The translations under genes were made by a program, and so were the position numbers. A stretch of 64,000 nt of DNA, taken from assembly GCA_951406725.2 (NCBI GenBank), contig OX597828.1:61504001-61568000 (forward strand), given 5' to 3'. Shown in pieces: positions 1 to 13,906 of this stretch (positions within the stretch are counted from its first letter, which is position 1; every line of letters begins with the position of its first letter). The notes beneath the pieces are model-generated. The model saw nothing but the letters and a program-made list of their open reading frames with translations, was not told the origin of the DNA and made no database searches. The DNA is from Octopus vulgaris (taxonomy: Eukaryota).

Positions 1-2626
1 AGTCCCAACCCCAACCTGCGACTTCCGAAACTCTACCATGTGCTCTCTAGAAGGATTCTGCTTCTGAAGGTCTGTAGTGTACAGATCTGGGAAGTCCAGA
101 TCGACCCCAGAACTTATTTTATGTAAGCCTAGTACTCATTCTATCGATCGCTGTTGCCGAACCTCTGGTTATTTTACATATTTCTGTTGAAAGCGATCAT
201 TTGTAGAAGTTAATAACTGGACTATGTAGAAACTATGCTAGTAGATGTCTGAAGTGAAGATATAAACGGACGGAAGCATTTATATTCGGCACATTATTCT
301 TTATGAACGGAAATATCTGAATGACTTAGGTAACTATGGTCAGTGGTAATCCAACCTAATCAGCCCTTCTTTATTCACATATCGTGTGCCCTCGACTATG
401 TTCTCCAATGTGTCTTATTTTTAAAGGGAAACCTGTAATTTGGAATACTTGGCTGCTATCTATATCCGGTCGAATGAATGCATAGAATTCCTCTTATTAC
501 TTCAGTTGAAGAGACGTTTAAGCATCAAGTGTGTGCAATTTAGCTGTGAGATTCAAAAAGATCTCAGATACCCTTTAAAAACGGTTTCATTGCCAACTTA
601 TTAAGAGGTTTAGGTTCTAACTTAATTCTCATATTTTTCAGCTAAAGAGTTATTTAGGTATCAACTAAATAGTACTTGCAAAACAAGAAATTAGTTTACT
701 TAGCATTTTTGTAAAATATTTGACATATTTTCGCTGGAGAATAAGTATTCATAGAAACGGTGACTTTAAATATATTACAGTTTAGATAAAGGAATTACAG
801 TTCTCTAATTCATTAGAATGGCACAAAGAGTGATAAAAAATGGTTTTAGATTATTCCGATTTTCATCATAATTCAAAGTTTAAATGAATACTTGCAATTT
901 TATTTATGTAAACTTACCAATATTCCAAAAATTTTCAAGAATCACAAGGTTAGTGGCTAAAGTGCCAAAACAACCGAGGAAAATTTCTGCATTTATTTTT
1001 TCGCACAACTTTTGAAGCAAGAGTCTCGTTCTTTACTGATTTCCAACGGGTCAATCATTAGTTTATAACATTTGTGAAGCTAAGACCGACAAAGTAGGAT
1101 CGGTATCTCAGTGTAAAACAACTATTGCGTAATTGGATTACCAGTTATCGCGACAGTGTTTGCATACATACGCGCGCGCATATATATATATATGTTTGTA
1201 AGTGAAAGTATGTGTGCGTGAGAGGCTTCTGCAAAATTTCCGTCTATAAATTTCCATTCATAAAGTATTGGTCAAGCCGAGATATGGAAGAAAATATCGC
1301 CCAAAGTTCTGCACAGTGTGATTCGGTCTTGAATAGTTTCAGCCACTAGCTTATAATCGATTGTTCAATCTAATTTGTTAGTCATATGAATACTAATAAG
1401 TTAACTGAGTTTGAGCAAATAGTTAAGTTTTCCACATCTAACACAACACAAGTTTTTGTTATCGTGAACTAACGTCTCTTCAAGACATATTATTTGTTCC
1501 AGTAAGAGAGAACGAATGATATCTAAATCATTTTTGATCAATCGTCTATATTTTTACTGAATGAGTATCCTGTATGAGCAGTCATATGTTGAAGATATTC
1601 CATCCATGACCATCTTGTCTTAGAAATAGATTATTGTATGTGTTTTTTTCTTGTTGAGAAATAGTCGATAAAACTGCCAAATATATATTTAGAATGAAAA
1701 ACGTTCTCCTGGCGTATTTTTCTGAGATGTAATTTGAGGACGATTTGGCTACTGCTTCTTGATGTATATTCCTTTAGGTATAACTAGAGGGAGATTTAGG
1801 TGTCATTTCTTTCATGTCGAGAGAACACGTTGGGTCATATGTGAGTATATCGGTGCTTACGATGTGGATACTTTGTTCAACTGTGAACTCGCTTATTTCC
1901 TACAAACATAAGTATATATGTAGATAAAAATTTAAAACGTTTATCTTAATTTGTCTTACATTTTGTTTATTTCAACCTCATCAAATAGTTGTTGGTCAAA
2001 CTGACGCTGAAGTTTTCTTACGATTTTCATATGTACGAAAACCTTAAGTAGTAACAATAAACACCTCACAACAACGAATGGGAACTTCAACCTAAATTTC
2101 TAAATTCTAAAATTAATCTACTGTTATAACATTTTTCTTGGAGCCAAAAACATTTTCTGGGTGTCAAAACTTGCACCCGAGCACACCTAAACTGGTATGA
2201 TCTGTTTTTGCTTGTTTGTTGTGTTTCTCGCGATGTTGGCCGATTTCATATGATTGCTTGAGTTGCTCGCCGGACTGTCGACTGTTAGGCATCACTGAGT
2301 TTTCACATTTTATTAATAACAGTGGGCGTACAAGTTATGTGTAAATTGATATCTAACATATATAGTTTCATGTTCTATTTGATTTTGTTTATTTTTATTT
2401 TGGTGTTTCCAGTTACCAACAGCGGCTGGTTTGAAGAAATGATATGGTAAGATGAAAAACTATACAAAACGAAATTTTTCATCGATGTTTTCTTATTTTT
2501 GTGACTGTTAAAAGTTATCAACAAGTCGTTACTACCACTTCTTTTATACTGTAGCTGTCGAATTTATTGGAAAGAAACAATAGCGCCCCTGTTTTACAGT
2601 AACGCACACCAGCAAACATAACTGTA

Positions 2627-2658
<32 letters not shown>

Positions 2659-2818
2659 AGTACGGTGAGCGCGGGTGCTCGTTTGCATGTGTTAGTGTTC
2701 GCGTATTTATGTGTATATGCATGTATGTATTCACATACATAGATTCTTTCATACATACATATAATCACAAAAATACAGGTTCGCCTACTTGCATTTTCAT
2801 ATCAATATTAAACTTTCA

Positions 2819-2986
2819 GGATCTTTTCCTTTTGATGGACGGAATTTTCTAGTTAACTAAAAAATTTGAAACTTCATATACTGGTAGAATGTGTCAAAAG
2901 AAAACATTATTGTAAACAAAATTGAAAACAAAATTGTAATTTGTAAGTTTAACGTAGTTTAATTATTAAGCAAAAGGAAAAGATCC
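2819..2986. mobile_element. Short MITE-like element with 16-bp terminal inverted repeats
   Basis: ggatcttttccttttg at 2819-2834 and its exact reverse complement caaaaggaaaagatcc at 2971-2986, with an AT-rich non-coding interior. Confidence 0.6.
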
Positions 2987-3014
2987 GAGGTTTTTGTGTA
3001 TGTATATATATAAT

Positions 3015-3420
<406 letters not shown>

Positions 3421-3430
3421 AGTGGCTTAT

Positions 3431-3852
3431 AGGCGCAGGAGTGGCTGTGTGGTAAGTAGCTTGCCTACCAACCACATGGTTCCGGGTTCAGTCCCACTGC
3501 GTGGCATCTTGGGCAAGTGTCTTCTACTATAGCCTCGGGCCGACCAAAGCCTTGTGAGTGGATTTGGTAGACGAAAACTGAAAGAAGCCCGTCGTATATA
3601 TATATATATATATGTGTGTGTGCGTGTATGTTTGTGCGTGTATGTTTGTGTGTCTGTGTTTGTCCCTCGCATTGCTTGACAACCGATGCTGGTGTGTTTA
3701 CGTCCCCGTCACTTAGCGGTTCGGCAAAAGAGACCGATAGAATAAGTACTGGGCTTACAAAGAATAAGTCCCGGGGTCGAGTTGATGGACTAAAGGCGGT
3801 GCTCCAGCATGGCCGCACTCAAATGACTGAAACAAGTAAAAGAGTAAAAGAG
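3431..3852 (+). mobile_element. tRNA-derived SINE (family A), full length, with internal microsatellite
   Basis: Head ggagtggctgtgtggtaag ... ggttcagtccc, body ttgtgagtggatttggtagacg ... aagcccgtcg, internal (TA)n(TG)n, tail gactgaaacaagtaaaagagtaaaagag; several similar copies in this window. Confidence 0.9.
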
Positions 3853-3884
<32 letters not shown>

Positions 3885-4087
3885 GTTTTGAGTTATCTAG
3901 AAGTTCCAAAAAAACAGGTAAGGCTTTGTAAGTGCTATGGAAGGACCACACTTTTAGACTCCCGATTCAATAGAATGAGTGAGGAGTCTAACGCGGGTCG
4001 TGTGTGAGCGTGTATGTGTTAAATAAAATGACACAACAAAGTCAAGGCAGTGTGAAATTTCTAGGACATTTTATAAAGAGAAAGGTA

Positions 4088-4135
4088 GTTTTACAGCTGT
4101 TTCGGAGATATTAAAGATATCCCATCATCAGAGAC
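4088..4135 (-). ncRNA. Minimal type-I hammerhead ribozyme motif in the PLE 3' pLTR
   Basis: Reverse complement gtct-CTGATGA-tgggatatctttaatatctcc-GAAA-cagctg-TA-aaac; stem I has one mismatch. Confidence 0.75.
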
Positions 4136-4482
4136 GATAGAGATTTAAATAGAAGGAAATAGTAAGAGTTCAATATAAGAATTTATTTTGGAATGGGAGA
4201 GATATAGGAAGTATATTGGGAAATATAAGAATAAAAATAAAACTATATGCTGGATGTTAAATTTGCTGTTCCATTATCCATGGAATGTGTTGTGTAGAAT
4301 GGCTTCTTGTCCATGGTATGTAAGATCTGTCAGGAGTTCATAATTTGTTACTACAAATGGATTGCGAGCAGTTATTAATTCTATGTGGTGTTCATTCAAA
4401 GGGATCTTATAGTGTCAATGAAAATTTGAGAATAGAATAGATAAGGATGTTAGGAGGAAGAAAAAAGGATTAGGAGAGGAAA

Positions 4483-4523
<41 letters not shown>

Positions 4524-5013
4524 GGAAAATAAAAAAGGAATGCTAGATTGTGGTCAAGATATTGTGAAAGGGTGGGGAGAGGAGAGCTATCAGTAGATAA
4601 AAGGAAGAGGAGGAGGAATAGAAAACAGAGATAAGAATGTAAAGAAGGAATATGTGTGAGAAGTAGGAAGTGGGGTGATACGTTTGAAAGAGTCTAAGGT
4701 GGAGGAATAAAGAATGTGGTACGGAGTGGAGTAATAAAAGTGAGTAGTAAACCTCAAAAAGGCAAGGAAGAATAAGAAACTATAATGGTCAAGTTTCTAA
4801 AAATAGATGTAGATATTTATATGAGGTCAGAGATTGTACTAGTTAAAGTGATAGTAGGAATTGATAAATCAGTGAGATAGAAAAATATGTAGAGATATAC
4901 TCGCACACGCATACATATAGATGTGTATATGCACTATTCTATAGGACCGCATACACACACATATACGTATACATATGTATCCATACACATACGCATATAT
5001 GTATGTATGTATG

Positions 5014-5063
<50 letters not shown>

Positions 5064-5074
5064 TACAAACATCA

Positions 5075-5148
<74 letters not shown>

Positions 5149-5151
<3 letters not shown>

Positions 5152-5211
5152 TAGTTTTATTTTTATAGCGTGCTTTCACTTCACTACCGAGCGCAGCTCT
5201 GTGTGCCTTGG

Positions 5212-5213
<2 letters not shown>
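5149..5213 (-). mobile_element. 65-bp 3'-terminal fragment of the R4/Dong-like LINE within (TAA)n
   Basis: Near-identical to 5998-6062, with (TTA)n on both sides. Confidence 0.85.
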
Positions 5214-5260
<47 letters not shown>

Positions 5261-5409
5261 GATATTAAACAATTAAAAAATTGAAAATTAAAAATTAAAA
5301 AATTGGGACGTCAAATGAGGTTGTTGGAAGTTACCCTCCAATGTGTATTCGGTATATGTTCTGTGTGGTAATTTAGGTTGCATTTAGATCTGTGGTAAAA
5401 TTTGAAGGT

Positions 5410-5830
5410 ATGAAAAAAGCGGTGGTTGCATGTACCTAGGGCCTCATTATACTTATTTAGCAGTATTGAAGAGTTATGTTTTAATATGCGGAATGTCTCT
5501 TTTAGAAATAGCTTACAGGCTGAGTGTTGATCCTGGTATGGAAGCCCTGAATCTATTATGGACCATGATAAATGCTATGGAATATTTATATTTTTAAGAT
5601 GATGTATGTGACTAGCGAGGGTTGTGAATTTACTGTGTTTCTCGTATCTAAAAGAATTGAGATGTGCAGGGTATCTCTGTTTAACATTTATAGTTGATCC
5701 TATATATATGGTTGTAGAATTGTGTAGCGTGTTGAGGACTGTGCATTTGTTTATTATGTTAGACCTTCTGCAACGGGTTTGTAGAGGGCGAATGGTCCCA
5801 GAGCGTCAGTTACATGGTAGTGCATTGTGG
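5410..5830 (-). pseudogene. PLE GIY-YIG endonuclease remnant
   Basis: Manual translation PCN*RSGTIRPLQTRCRRSNIINKCTV...IYIGSTINVKQRYPAHLNSFRYEKH...HIHHLKN...WSII...CKLFLKE...LLNKYNEALGTCNH, with in-frame stops. Confidence 0.8.
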
Positions 5831-5933
5831 GGATTATTCTCAGGAATGGAGGAAGTAATACTGTCTAGGGAGGGGATAGAGATGGGGGTACATTGGTCTG
5901 TGTTATTATTATTATTACTATTATTATTATTAC

Positions 5934-5997
<64 letters not shown>

Positions 5998-6000
<3 letters not shown>

Positions 6001-8441
6001 TAGTTTTATTTTTATAACGTGCTTTCATTTCACTATCGAGCGCAGCTCTGTGTGCCTTGGGTATGTGCTGTGATTTGTTGTGATGCTCTGATGGTTATTG
6101 TATGGAAAGTGTTCTGCGTAGGATGTGTGCAGTGCCCAGTAGTGCAATTTTCTGTATGTTATATGTGTTTGTAAGTCCTGGTGTTTTTGTTATGCATTTG
6201 TCTGAATATTTTTTATCATGCCTAATGCACCTACTATGATAGGAATTGTTTCTGTTTTTAGATTCCACATTCTGGTTACCTCTATTTCCAGGTCTTTGTA
6301 TTTTGAAAGTTTCTCCATTTCTTTTAGAGACACGTTGTCATCCGCTGGTATTGATACATCAATTAGAAAACATTTTTTCCTTCATGATCTCTGACAACTA
6401 TATCTGGTCTGTTGGCCTTAATTTCTCTATCTGTGTGTATCGGCATATCCCAGAGTATGGTTGCTTTCTCGTTTTCTGTGACCTTTTCTGGTGTGTGCCT
6501 ATACCATCTTTTTTCTGTTGTTATTCCATAATGTTGGCATAGCTTCAGGTGTATGTAGGTTCCAACTCTGTCATGTCTGTGAATATATTTCTTCTTAGCC
6601 AGGACTGGGCAGCCAGAGATAATATGATTTATTGTTTCTTGTCCATCTCCACATATTCTGCAGTTACTTGTTATATTTCTTTTCATTACATGTTTTTGGT
6701 AATTTCTGGTGGGGAGGCTTTGGTCTTGTGCTGCAATTAAAAATCCCTCTGTCTCTGCTTTGAGTCCTAAGCTTCTCAACCATTGCTGGGATTTTTCTTT
6801 GTCTATTTCTTTTGCATTTAGTTTAGTCCAGTATTTACCATGAAGGGGCTTTTCTTGCCATCGTTTTATCATGGTTCTTTGCTGTTCTATTTTTAGTTTG
6901 GATTTCATTTGTTTTATAGCTTTTGTTGTTTCTTCAACTTCTTCTTCTTCTTCTTCATATTTATTAGGTGGTATGATTTCTTGTTTGTATTTATCAGCTT
7001 CCTTAAATGCTGAGAACAGTTTTTTGTTTTGCTCGTGTTTTGCTGCTATTTGTATCAGTTTTCCTTCCTTCTGAAGTAGATATTTTTGCAGTCCTATGGT
7101 GGTTATTTTATAGTAGCTTTCCAGCTGTATAAGGCCTCTACCACCTTCTATACGTTGTATATATAGCCTTTTTATGTCAGATTTTGGGTGATGCATCCTA
7201 GACCCTGTCATTATTTTTCTTGTTTTCCTATCTATTTTGGTCAGTTCATTTAGTGTCCAGTTAAGGATATTGTAGCTGTAACTTATAACTGGGACGGCTA
7301 AAGTGTTGATACCTATTATCTTGATTTTAGCATTGAGCTCTTTTTTCAGTATTGATCTAACTCGTCTATAATATTCTTTTTTTATTTTCTCTTTCATTTG
7401 TGTGTGTTGTGTGTTCATGGATTCCTAAGTATTTGTAAGTTTGGCTTTGGTCTAATTCCTTTATTTCATTGGTTTTATCTAGTGTGATGTTGCTACTCTT
7501 AACTAGTTTTCCTCTTTTCAGGGTTACTTTGGCGCCTTTCTCTAATCCAAATTTCATATCTATTTCTTTGGTAAATCCATGAACTGTCTTTAATAGTATT
7601 TCCAGCTGTTTGTCATTTGCAGCGTATAGTTTTAGGTCATCCATATATAAAAGGTGGCTGATCGTTTTGCCGTAACATTTATATCCGCATCCAGTTCTAT
7701 TTAGCATATCAGATAGAGGTGACAGTGCCAAGCAGAAAAGGAGTGGAGAGCGTGTCTCCCTGGAATATTCCTCTTCTAATGGGGATGGCTTTGGTTTTCA
7801 TGAGTCCCTTTTTTGTTTGGAGCTGTAGCACTGTTTGCCATTTATTCATAGAGTGTCCTATGAATTTCATAGTTGTTGGTGCTACTTTGTTAATGGCTAA
7901 TGTTTCGAGGATCTATGTGTGGGGGATGCTATCAAATGCCTTTTTGTAGTCGATCGAGGCCATACTGAGGCCTTTCTTCTTTCTGTGGCTGTCTTCAGTT
8001 ATGGCTTTATTAATCATTAGTTGATCTTTACAGCCATATGAGCCTTTGTGGCATCCTTTCTGCTCTTCTGGAAACAGGTTGTTTTCGTCCAGGTGCTTGT
8101 TCAACCTTTGCGATATCACTACAGTAAATGCATTGTACATTGTAGGGAGACAGGTTATTGGTCTGTAGTTTTCTGGTTTTGCTGTCTCATTTGATTTGGG
8201 AATTAAGATGGTTTTCCCCTTCGTGAGCCATTCAGGCATTGTCGCTGGCTCTGCTAGTATGTTGTTAAAGATTTCAGCCAGCTTTTTGTGCATTCCTGTT
8301 AGATATTTCAACCAGAAGTTGGGGATCTTGTCATGCCTGGGTGCCTTCCAGTTGCTTAGTCTTTGCAGTGCCTGGGTGAACTCTTCAGTTGTTATGGGGG
8401 TCCAAAGTTGCTCAGATGCTGAGTTTGTTGTTTTAATACTC

Positions 8442-8443
<2 letters not shown>
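5998..8443 (-). mobile_element. 5'-truncated R4/Dong-like non-LTR retrotransposon (RT plus CCHC finger plus REL endonuclease), frameshifted, inserted in (TAA)n
   Basis: ORFs 7913-8311 (NYRPITCLPT, QKGC, IDYKKAFDS), 7366-7731 (LLYMDDLKLY) and 6363-7418 (CRICGDGQETINHIISGC, HRHD, NRPDIVV); (TTA)n at 5903-5997 and 8443-8510. Confidence 0.93.
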
Positions 8444-8510
<67 letters not shown>

Positions 8511-9340
8511 CGTTGTTATTTATCCTGTCTAGGGCACTAGTATTCTGGATAGTGTCAATAGGATTGGCTGGGTTTTCGTTATGGTCTAAAGTATTAGGTT
8601 CTATATTTGAGCTATGTATGTATTGGGGGCTCGTGTATTCAGAGTTGTTTCGGTGAATATTTTGATAATAGAGTAAGTTTTTATCTATTAGAAGCTGTTA
8701 CGATACACTCAAAGTTGTGTGGGGAAGAGTAGGATAGCTTTAAAGTAGATCTATTAAAGATAGAGTAATATTTATGTTGATGGGGGAAGTTGGAGTCTAA
8801 TATATTAAAAAAAGGATTTTGCTAAATTGTTAACATTCAATGAAAAGGGAGGTGTATACTATAGAATAGAGAGTCCACCGCTTTTTTTGGGAGGGGGTTT
8901 CTTGGGGGTAGTATGATATATACTTTTAGAAATTAGAGGGGGTTTAATTGCCTATTATCGTTAACTGTTTTAGCTTTTGCCCTACTGTTATATGTGTACG
9001 TGTGGGATCTAAGCTGTCTTAATCTGTGTTTTCCCGGGGTTCTAGAATAGTGCGCGTATGGTCTGTTATGATTCTGATGGTCAGCATGTCGTGGTGATAT
9101 GACTTGCGATATATGTTGCTTGAGCCTAGTATTAGAGATGTATTATATTTGTTGGGAGAAGCCGCTGAAAGCCAGCGCTTGGTTGCAGTATGGAGCGTGA
9201 TTGAATATTTCTTGAGTGACTGAGAGATCACATATATAAATCGAAATACCCTTAACTATATTATCGAAGGTGGATTTATGGTGATTGGAATTAATGTTTA
9301 ACTACTTAAGGTACTGGTTGCGATTTTCATTTTCTTTTCT

Positions 9341-9380
<40 letters not shown>

Positions 9381-9730
9381 TCCCTAATCCTTTAGACTCA
9401 TACCATTTTTCTTCCTCCTAACATCCTTATCTATTCTATTCTCAAATTTTCATTTACACTACAAGATCCCTTTGAATGAACACCACATAGAATTAATAAC
9501 TGCACACTATCCATTTGTAGTAACAAATTATGAACTCCTGACAGAACTTACATACCATGGACAAGAAGCCTTTTTACCCATTCTACACAACACATTCCAG
9601 TATGTTTAACATCCAAAATATATATTTTTTTTTGTTCTTATATTTCCCAATATACTTCCTATATCTCTCTCATTCCAAAATAAATTCTTATATTGAACTC
9701 TACTAATTTCTTCTCTACCTCTCACATATC

Positions 9731-9778
9731 GTCTCTGATGATGGGATATCTTTAATATTCCTGAAACAGCTGTAAGAC
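9731..9778 (+). ncRNA. Minimal type-I hammerhead ribozyme motif in the inverted pLTR
   Basis: gtct-CTGATGA-tgggatatctttaatattcct-GAAA-cagctg-TA-agac; stem I gtct/agac, palindromic stem III ACAGCTGT, GUA site. Confidence 0.85.
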
Positions 9779-9844
9779 CAGCTTTCTCTTAATAAAATGT
9801 CCTAGAAATTTCACACCACCTTGACTTTGTTGTCTCATCTTATT

Positions 9845-9955
<111 letters not shown>

Positions 9956-10149
9956 TGCATGTATGTACGTACGAACGTACGTATGTACTTATGTATGTGT
10001 GTACACACATATATATCCTTTATTTGTTTCAATCATTCGACTGCCGCCCAGCTGCAGCACCACCTTGAAGAGTTTCCGCGAACAAATCGATATCATTGCT
10101 TAATTATTTGAAATCTAGAACTTATTCTATCAGCTTTGGTGAACCATTA

Positions 10150-11910
10150 TGAAAATAAAGTAGGAAAGAAGACGCATGTGAACTACTGATGAGGAAGCTA
10201 CGTATCCAATACGCAAAACACTCAACGCGGGCATTATAGCGACAGGATACGTACCAACTGGTTAACCTGTGGCGGACAAAATATGGTTGTTACAGAGTAT
10301 GGGCAAAATATGGTTGTACGAAGTAGCCTCGTGTAGAGTAGAAAGGATGGAAGAAAGATGCAGTGTGTTTATCAGAAAATGGCCCGGTCTTCTACAACCA
10401 CTGAATACAACTGCACTATATGGAAAATCCGTGCTGCAACTACTGGTAACATCAATCGCCGAAGAATATAAGGTAGGAAGGGCAAGGACAGTAATGATGC
10501 TAAGGTATTCGAAAGATCAGAGTATCCGGGAAAACCCTCCAAAGGTACGAACAGAGAGGAAATGGAAAGTGGAAGAGGCAGTAAACAGGGCGATCGGAAA
10601 GCTAAGGCACGCCGATGTAATCGGAGCGACGTAAGAAGCAAGAGCCGGTCTAGGATTGCACAATTTCAAGCCATTTTGCATGAGCAGTGTAAAAGAGATG
10701 AAAGAGGCGGTGGTACACGAAGTGAGAAAGGAGGATGAAGAAAGGCGAAATGTACATTTGGTGCAATGTAGTCAACAGGGACAGTGCCTGAGATTGGAGG
10801 AATATGTGGTCAGTCGCAGAATCTCATGGAAGGAACTTTGGGCTTGAGAACAATCAAGAACATCCTTCCTGATCAAGTCTACCTTCGACTTTTACTTTCA
10901 CCGGCGAATTTAGTTCGGTGGAACATACCAACAACTGATGAATGTAGATGCTGATAGAAAACGACGGTGTGACACGCTCTATCAAATTGCAGGCTAGCAC
11001 TAGACAGATATACATGGCGTCACAATCAAGTTCTTGCTGTCATAAGTGCAGCATTCAAGGAGAAGATCGAGGGATATAATAGGGGAGAGTACCCAAAAGT
11101 GGAAAAGCGTGGAAAAATATACTTCCAGGAGGAGGGAAAAGGACATAAAGCCAGGCCTTCAAATAAAATATCCGAGATGGCCGAAAGATGAAAGCGATTC
11201 TCGGAGCTGGCCGCAGATTTGGAAAGACTGTTAATATTAAAAACAACAATAAGACTTGACTTAATCCTATGGAATACAGAACGGAAAATTGGGATTTTGT
11301 TAGAGTTGCTAGTGCCATGGGAAGAGAACATCGCTTATGCAGAACAACGGAAGGAGAGATTAATCGCAGAGTGCGAAGAACAGGGATGGACTGTCGAGTA
11401 TTACCACCTGGCAGTGGGGGCTAGAGGCTTCATTTAAAGTAAAATGACGACGGTGCATTTTCGAGCTCAAAGCTGAGAAAATTAATAAAGAGGATTGAGG
11501 AGGCGGTCGAAAAAGCCAGTTTCTATAAATGGCTGAAGTTAGAAGACCCAAAATGACTTGAAAGCCACAATATGCCGACTGGGAAATAGCGTTGCTAGGT
11601 GAGCAGCATCGCTGATTGACAGGTAGGCCAAGGTAGCGATCTCGTTCATAGCATGCCCTCCTCCTGGTTCGAAGGCTTGTATCACCAAACAGCTGGTCAG
11701 CTCTGGCTGCTGGAGCCTACTGTCGAGCATTTAAAGGGAAATTTGACAGGATTGACATTCGTTGACACTGCATCGAAGAAAAAAGGAGAAAGAAGAAACG
11801 CACTTAACACAAAAGCTGAAGACACCTCCGAAAGGATGGGGGCCCCTCCATGTCGAAAACGTAGAGGAATAGGGGCCGAAACTGGACGTGGTTCCTCCTG
11901 ATGATGTATT
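10150..11910 (+). mobile_element. Decayed 5'-truncated Hero/NeSL-like REL LINE
   Basis: Fragments FIRKW...ALYGKSVLQL...EEYKV...RKWKVEEAV...LRHADVIG, YTWRHNQVL and RLDLILWN...ELLVPWEENI, with stops and frameshifts. Confidence 0.85.
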
Positions 11911-13813
11911 TAGCCATTGGATCCTATAAAGGAGCTATTGAGGTAGCGAACCACGAAGCGTGTTTGGAATTCCTCGTTATGGAGAATAAAACCTAGTCCC
12001 ACAATCCACACCCTACAAATCAGCAAATTCAAAACTATATTGTTCCATTTAGGGACAATACAATATTACATGGCTATGTTATTTCATATACTTAAGAATA
12101 AGGAACACATAACAGAAATAAGTCTTCTAAATGTGATAACTCCACTAACAACACAGTCATTAAGAAGTATACAGCAGAAATTGTTATATCCACAGCGTTA
12201 GAAAGCAATAGTAGTATATTTTAAAATCATAACTGAAAAAAAAATGTACTGATTCAGAATCGCCAAATTTACTGCCGAGAATAAATTAACTTCAGTTTTG
12301 GGACCCAATGTTATAGGTGACTTCCATCCTTAAGAGACCCATTAGAAAGCACAATCAACAGTTTCACGCTTAAAAAATATACTAAAAACCCTAGCTAAGA
12401 AGGGAATCATATTTATACATACTACAGTAGACTCTTATTCACATCCTGTAACAAAGACATATCGAGTGCAACAAGAAAACTTAAGCCTTATATGTGCATA
12501 CGTTCGTATTTGTGTGTATGTCTGTGGATACAATGACACATACACCCGAATATATATCAGGACAAATACAGGAGTTTAAAACACGTATATGCTACTACAT
12601 TCAAGAAATAATAATAATTCATGTTTGGAAGTTCTGTAAATAGACGACTGCATGATATCGTAGTAAAAAATAGAAGAAAACTCCAACAGATAATGATTGA
12701 TAGAAGCATATAGAAATCATACTAGATTGACAAAGTTTAAATAATATAATGAACATGTCAGCTCCAATCTCAATAACATCACGATACCATTAAACCATTA
12801 ATCTAAACTGACAAAATATTTGAGTCGAATGATACTATTTGAACTTTTCCTATTTTTCGAGTCATCTTTTACATGTCATACGAACAGAAACAGCTTCGAG
12901 TGAGTGTTCTCAAAATTTGGTTTTGCGTAAATTCATAAATAAGTAAATATATATACATTCTTGTTTTTAACAGTGACAGGCTGTCTTTCTCTCGACGCTT
13001 ACACACAGGCAGAGGAAATACACGAAAATACACGAATGTTATAAACGTTCAAATCTTATGGTGTATGCCTTCTCAAAGGATATTAGAAAGGTGTAAGTAA
13101 ATTATCTTCAACATGAGCTGAAATGGAATACAAATGACATAGAATAATCCGCGGCGTCCACCTAGCACTCATAATACTGAGGTTGGAGTGACGGGTTAGA
13201 GAGATAGAAGCAACTCTAGTATCTAATATTATGAATATTATCGATGTTTGTGGGATCTAGCAAGAGAGGGCTTATGATCCATTTGTAAAAAGGTATAAAA
13301 TGTGTGTATAATAATACTTAAATTTAGAATATTTTCGGTAAAATTATCCGTAAAGAAATCATGAGGGTCGGGTTAAAAGTCAAGAAACAAAAAAATTCCC
13401 CAACACCCCTTCCTCAGGAACATTCCTTTGGAATTCTGCTCTTGCTTCTCTTTCTTTTTCTTACTGCTAATCGACGAACACTTGCAGCCCGTTTCAACAA
13501 TTTACAAAGTCCTCTTTATCAGATAGACCAGTGGAACATAAGATTATGCATGGTTATTGCACAATGATTGTTGAATCTCCCCCTCTCTCAGATCATAACC
13601 TAGCGTCTTGAAAAATGGAAGAGTTCATTGGATAATATTATATTAAATATAATATTAAAAAAGACGAATATGTGATCACAGGTATGCCCTTGATAAGAGG
13701 TATGCTTGATAAACACGGATCTGGGCTTTAAAAAATATAACAATTAACTTAGGACAAATAACAGTGAAGATGAGAATAACTACTAACAACTCGGAATATA
13801 CACAGATATACTA

Positions 13814-13906
<93 letters not shown>

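Noticed and set aside
5624-6073. 149-aa plus-strand ORF
   Set aside because: It is antisense to the PLE endonuclease remnant plus a (TTA)n run
6535-6546. Partial match to miR-31 (tgttggcatagct)
   Set aside because: It lies inside LINE coding sequence, lacks the seed, and has no precursor hairpin
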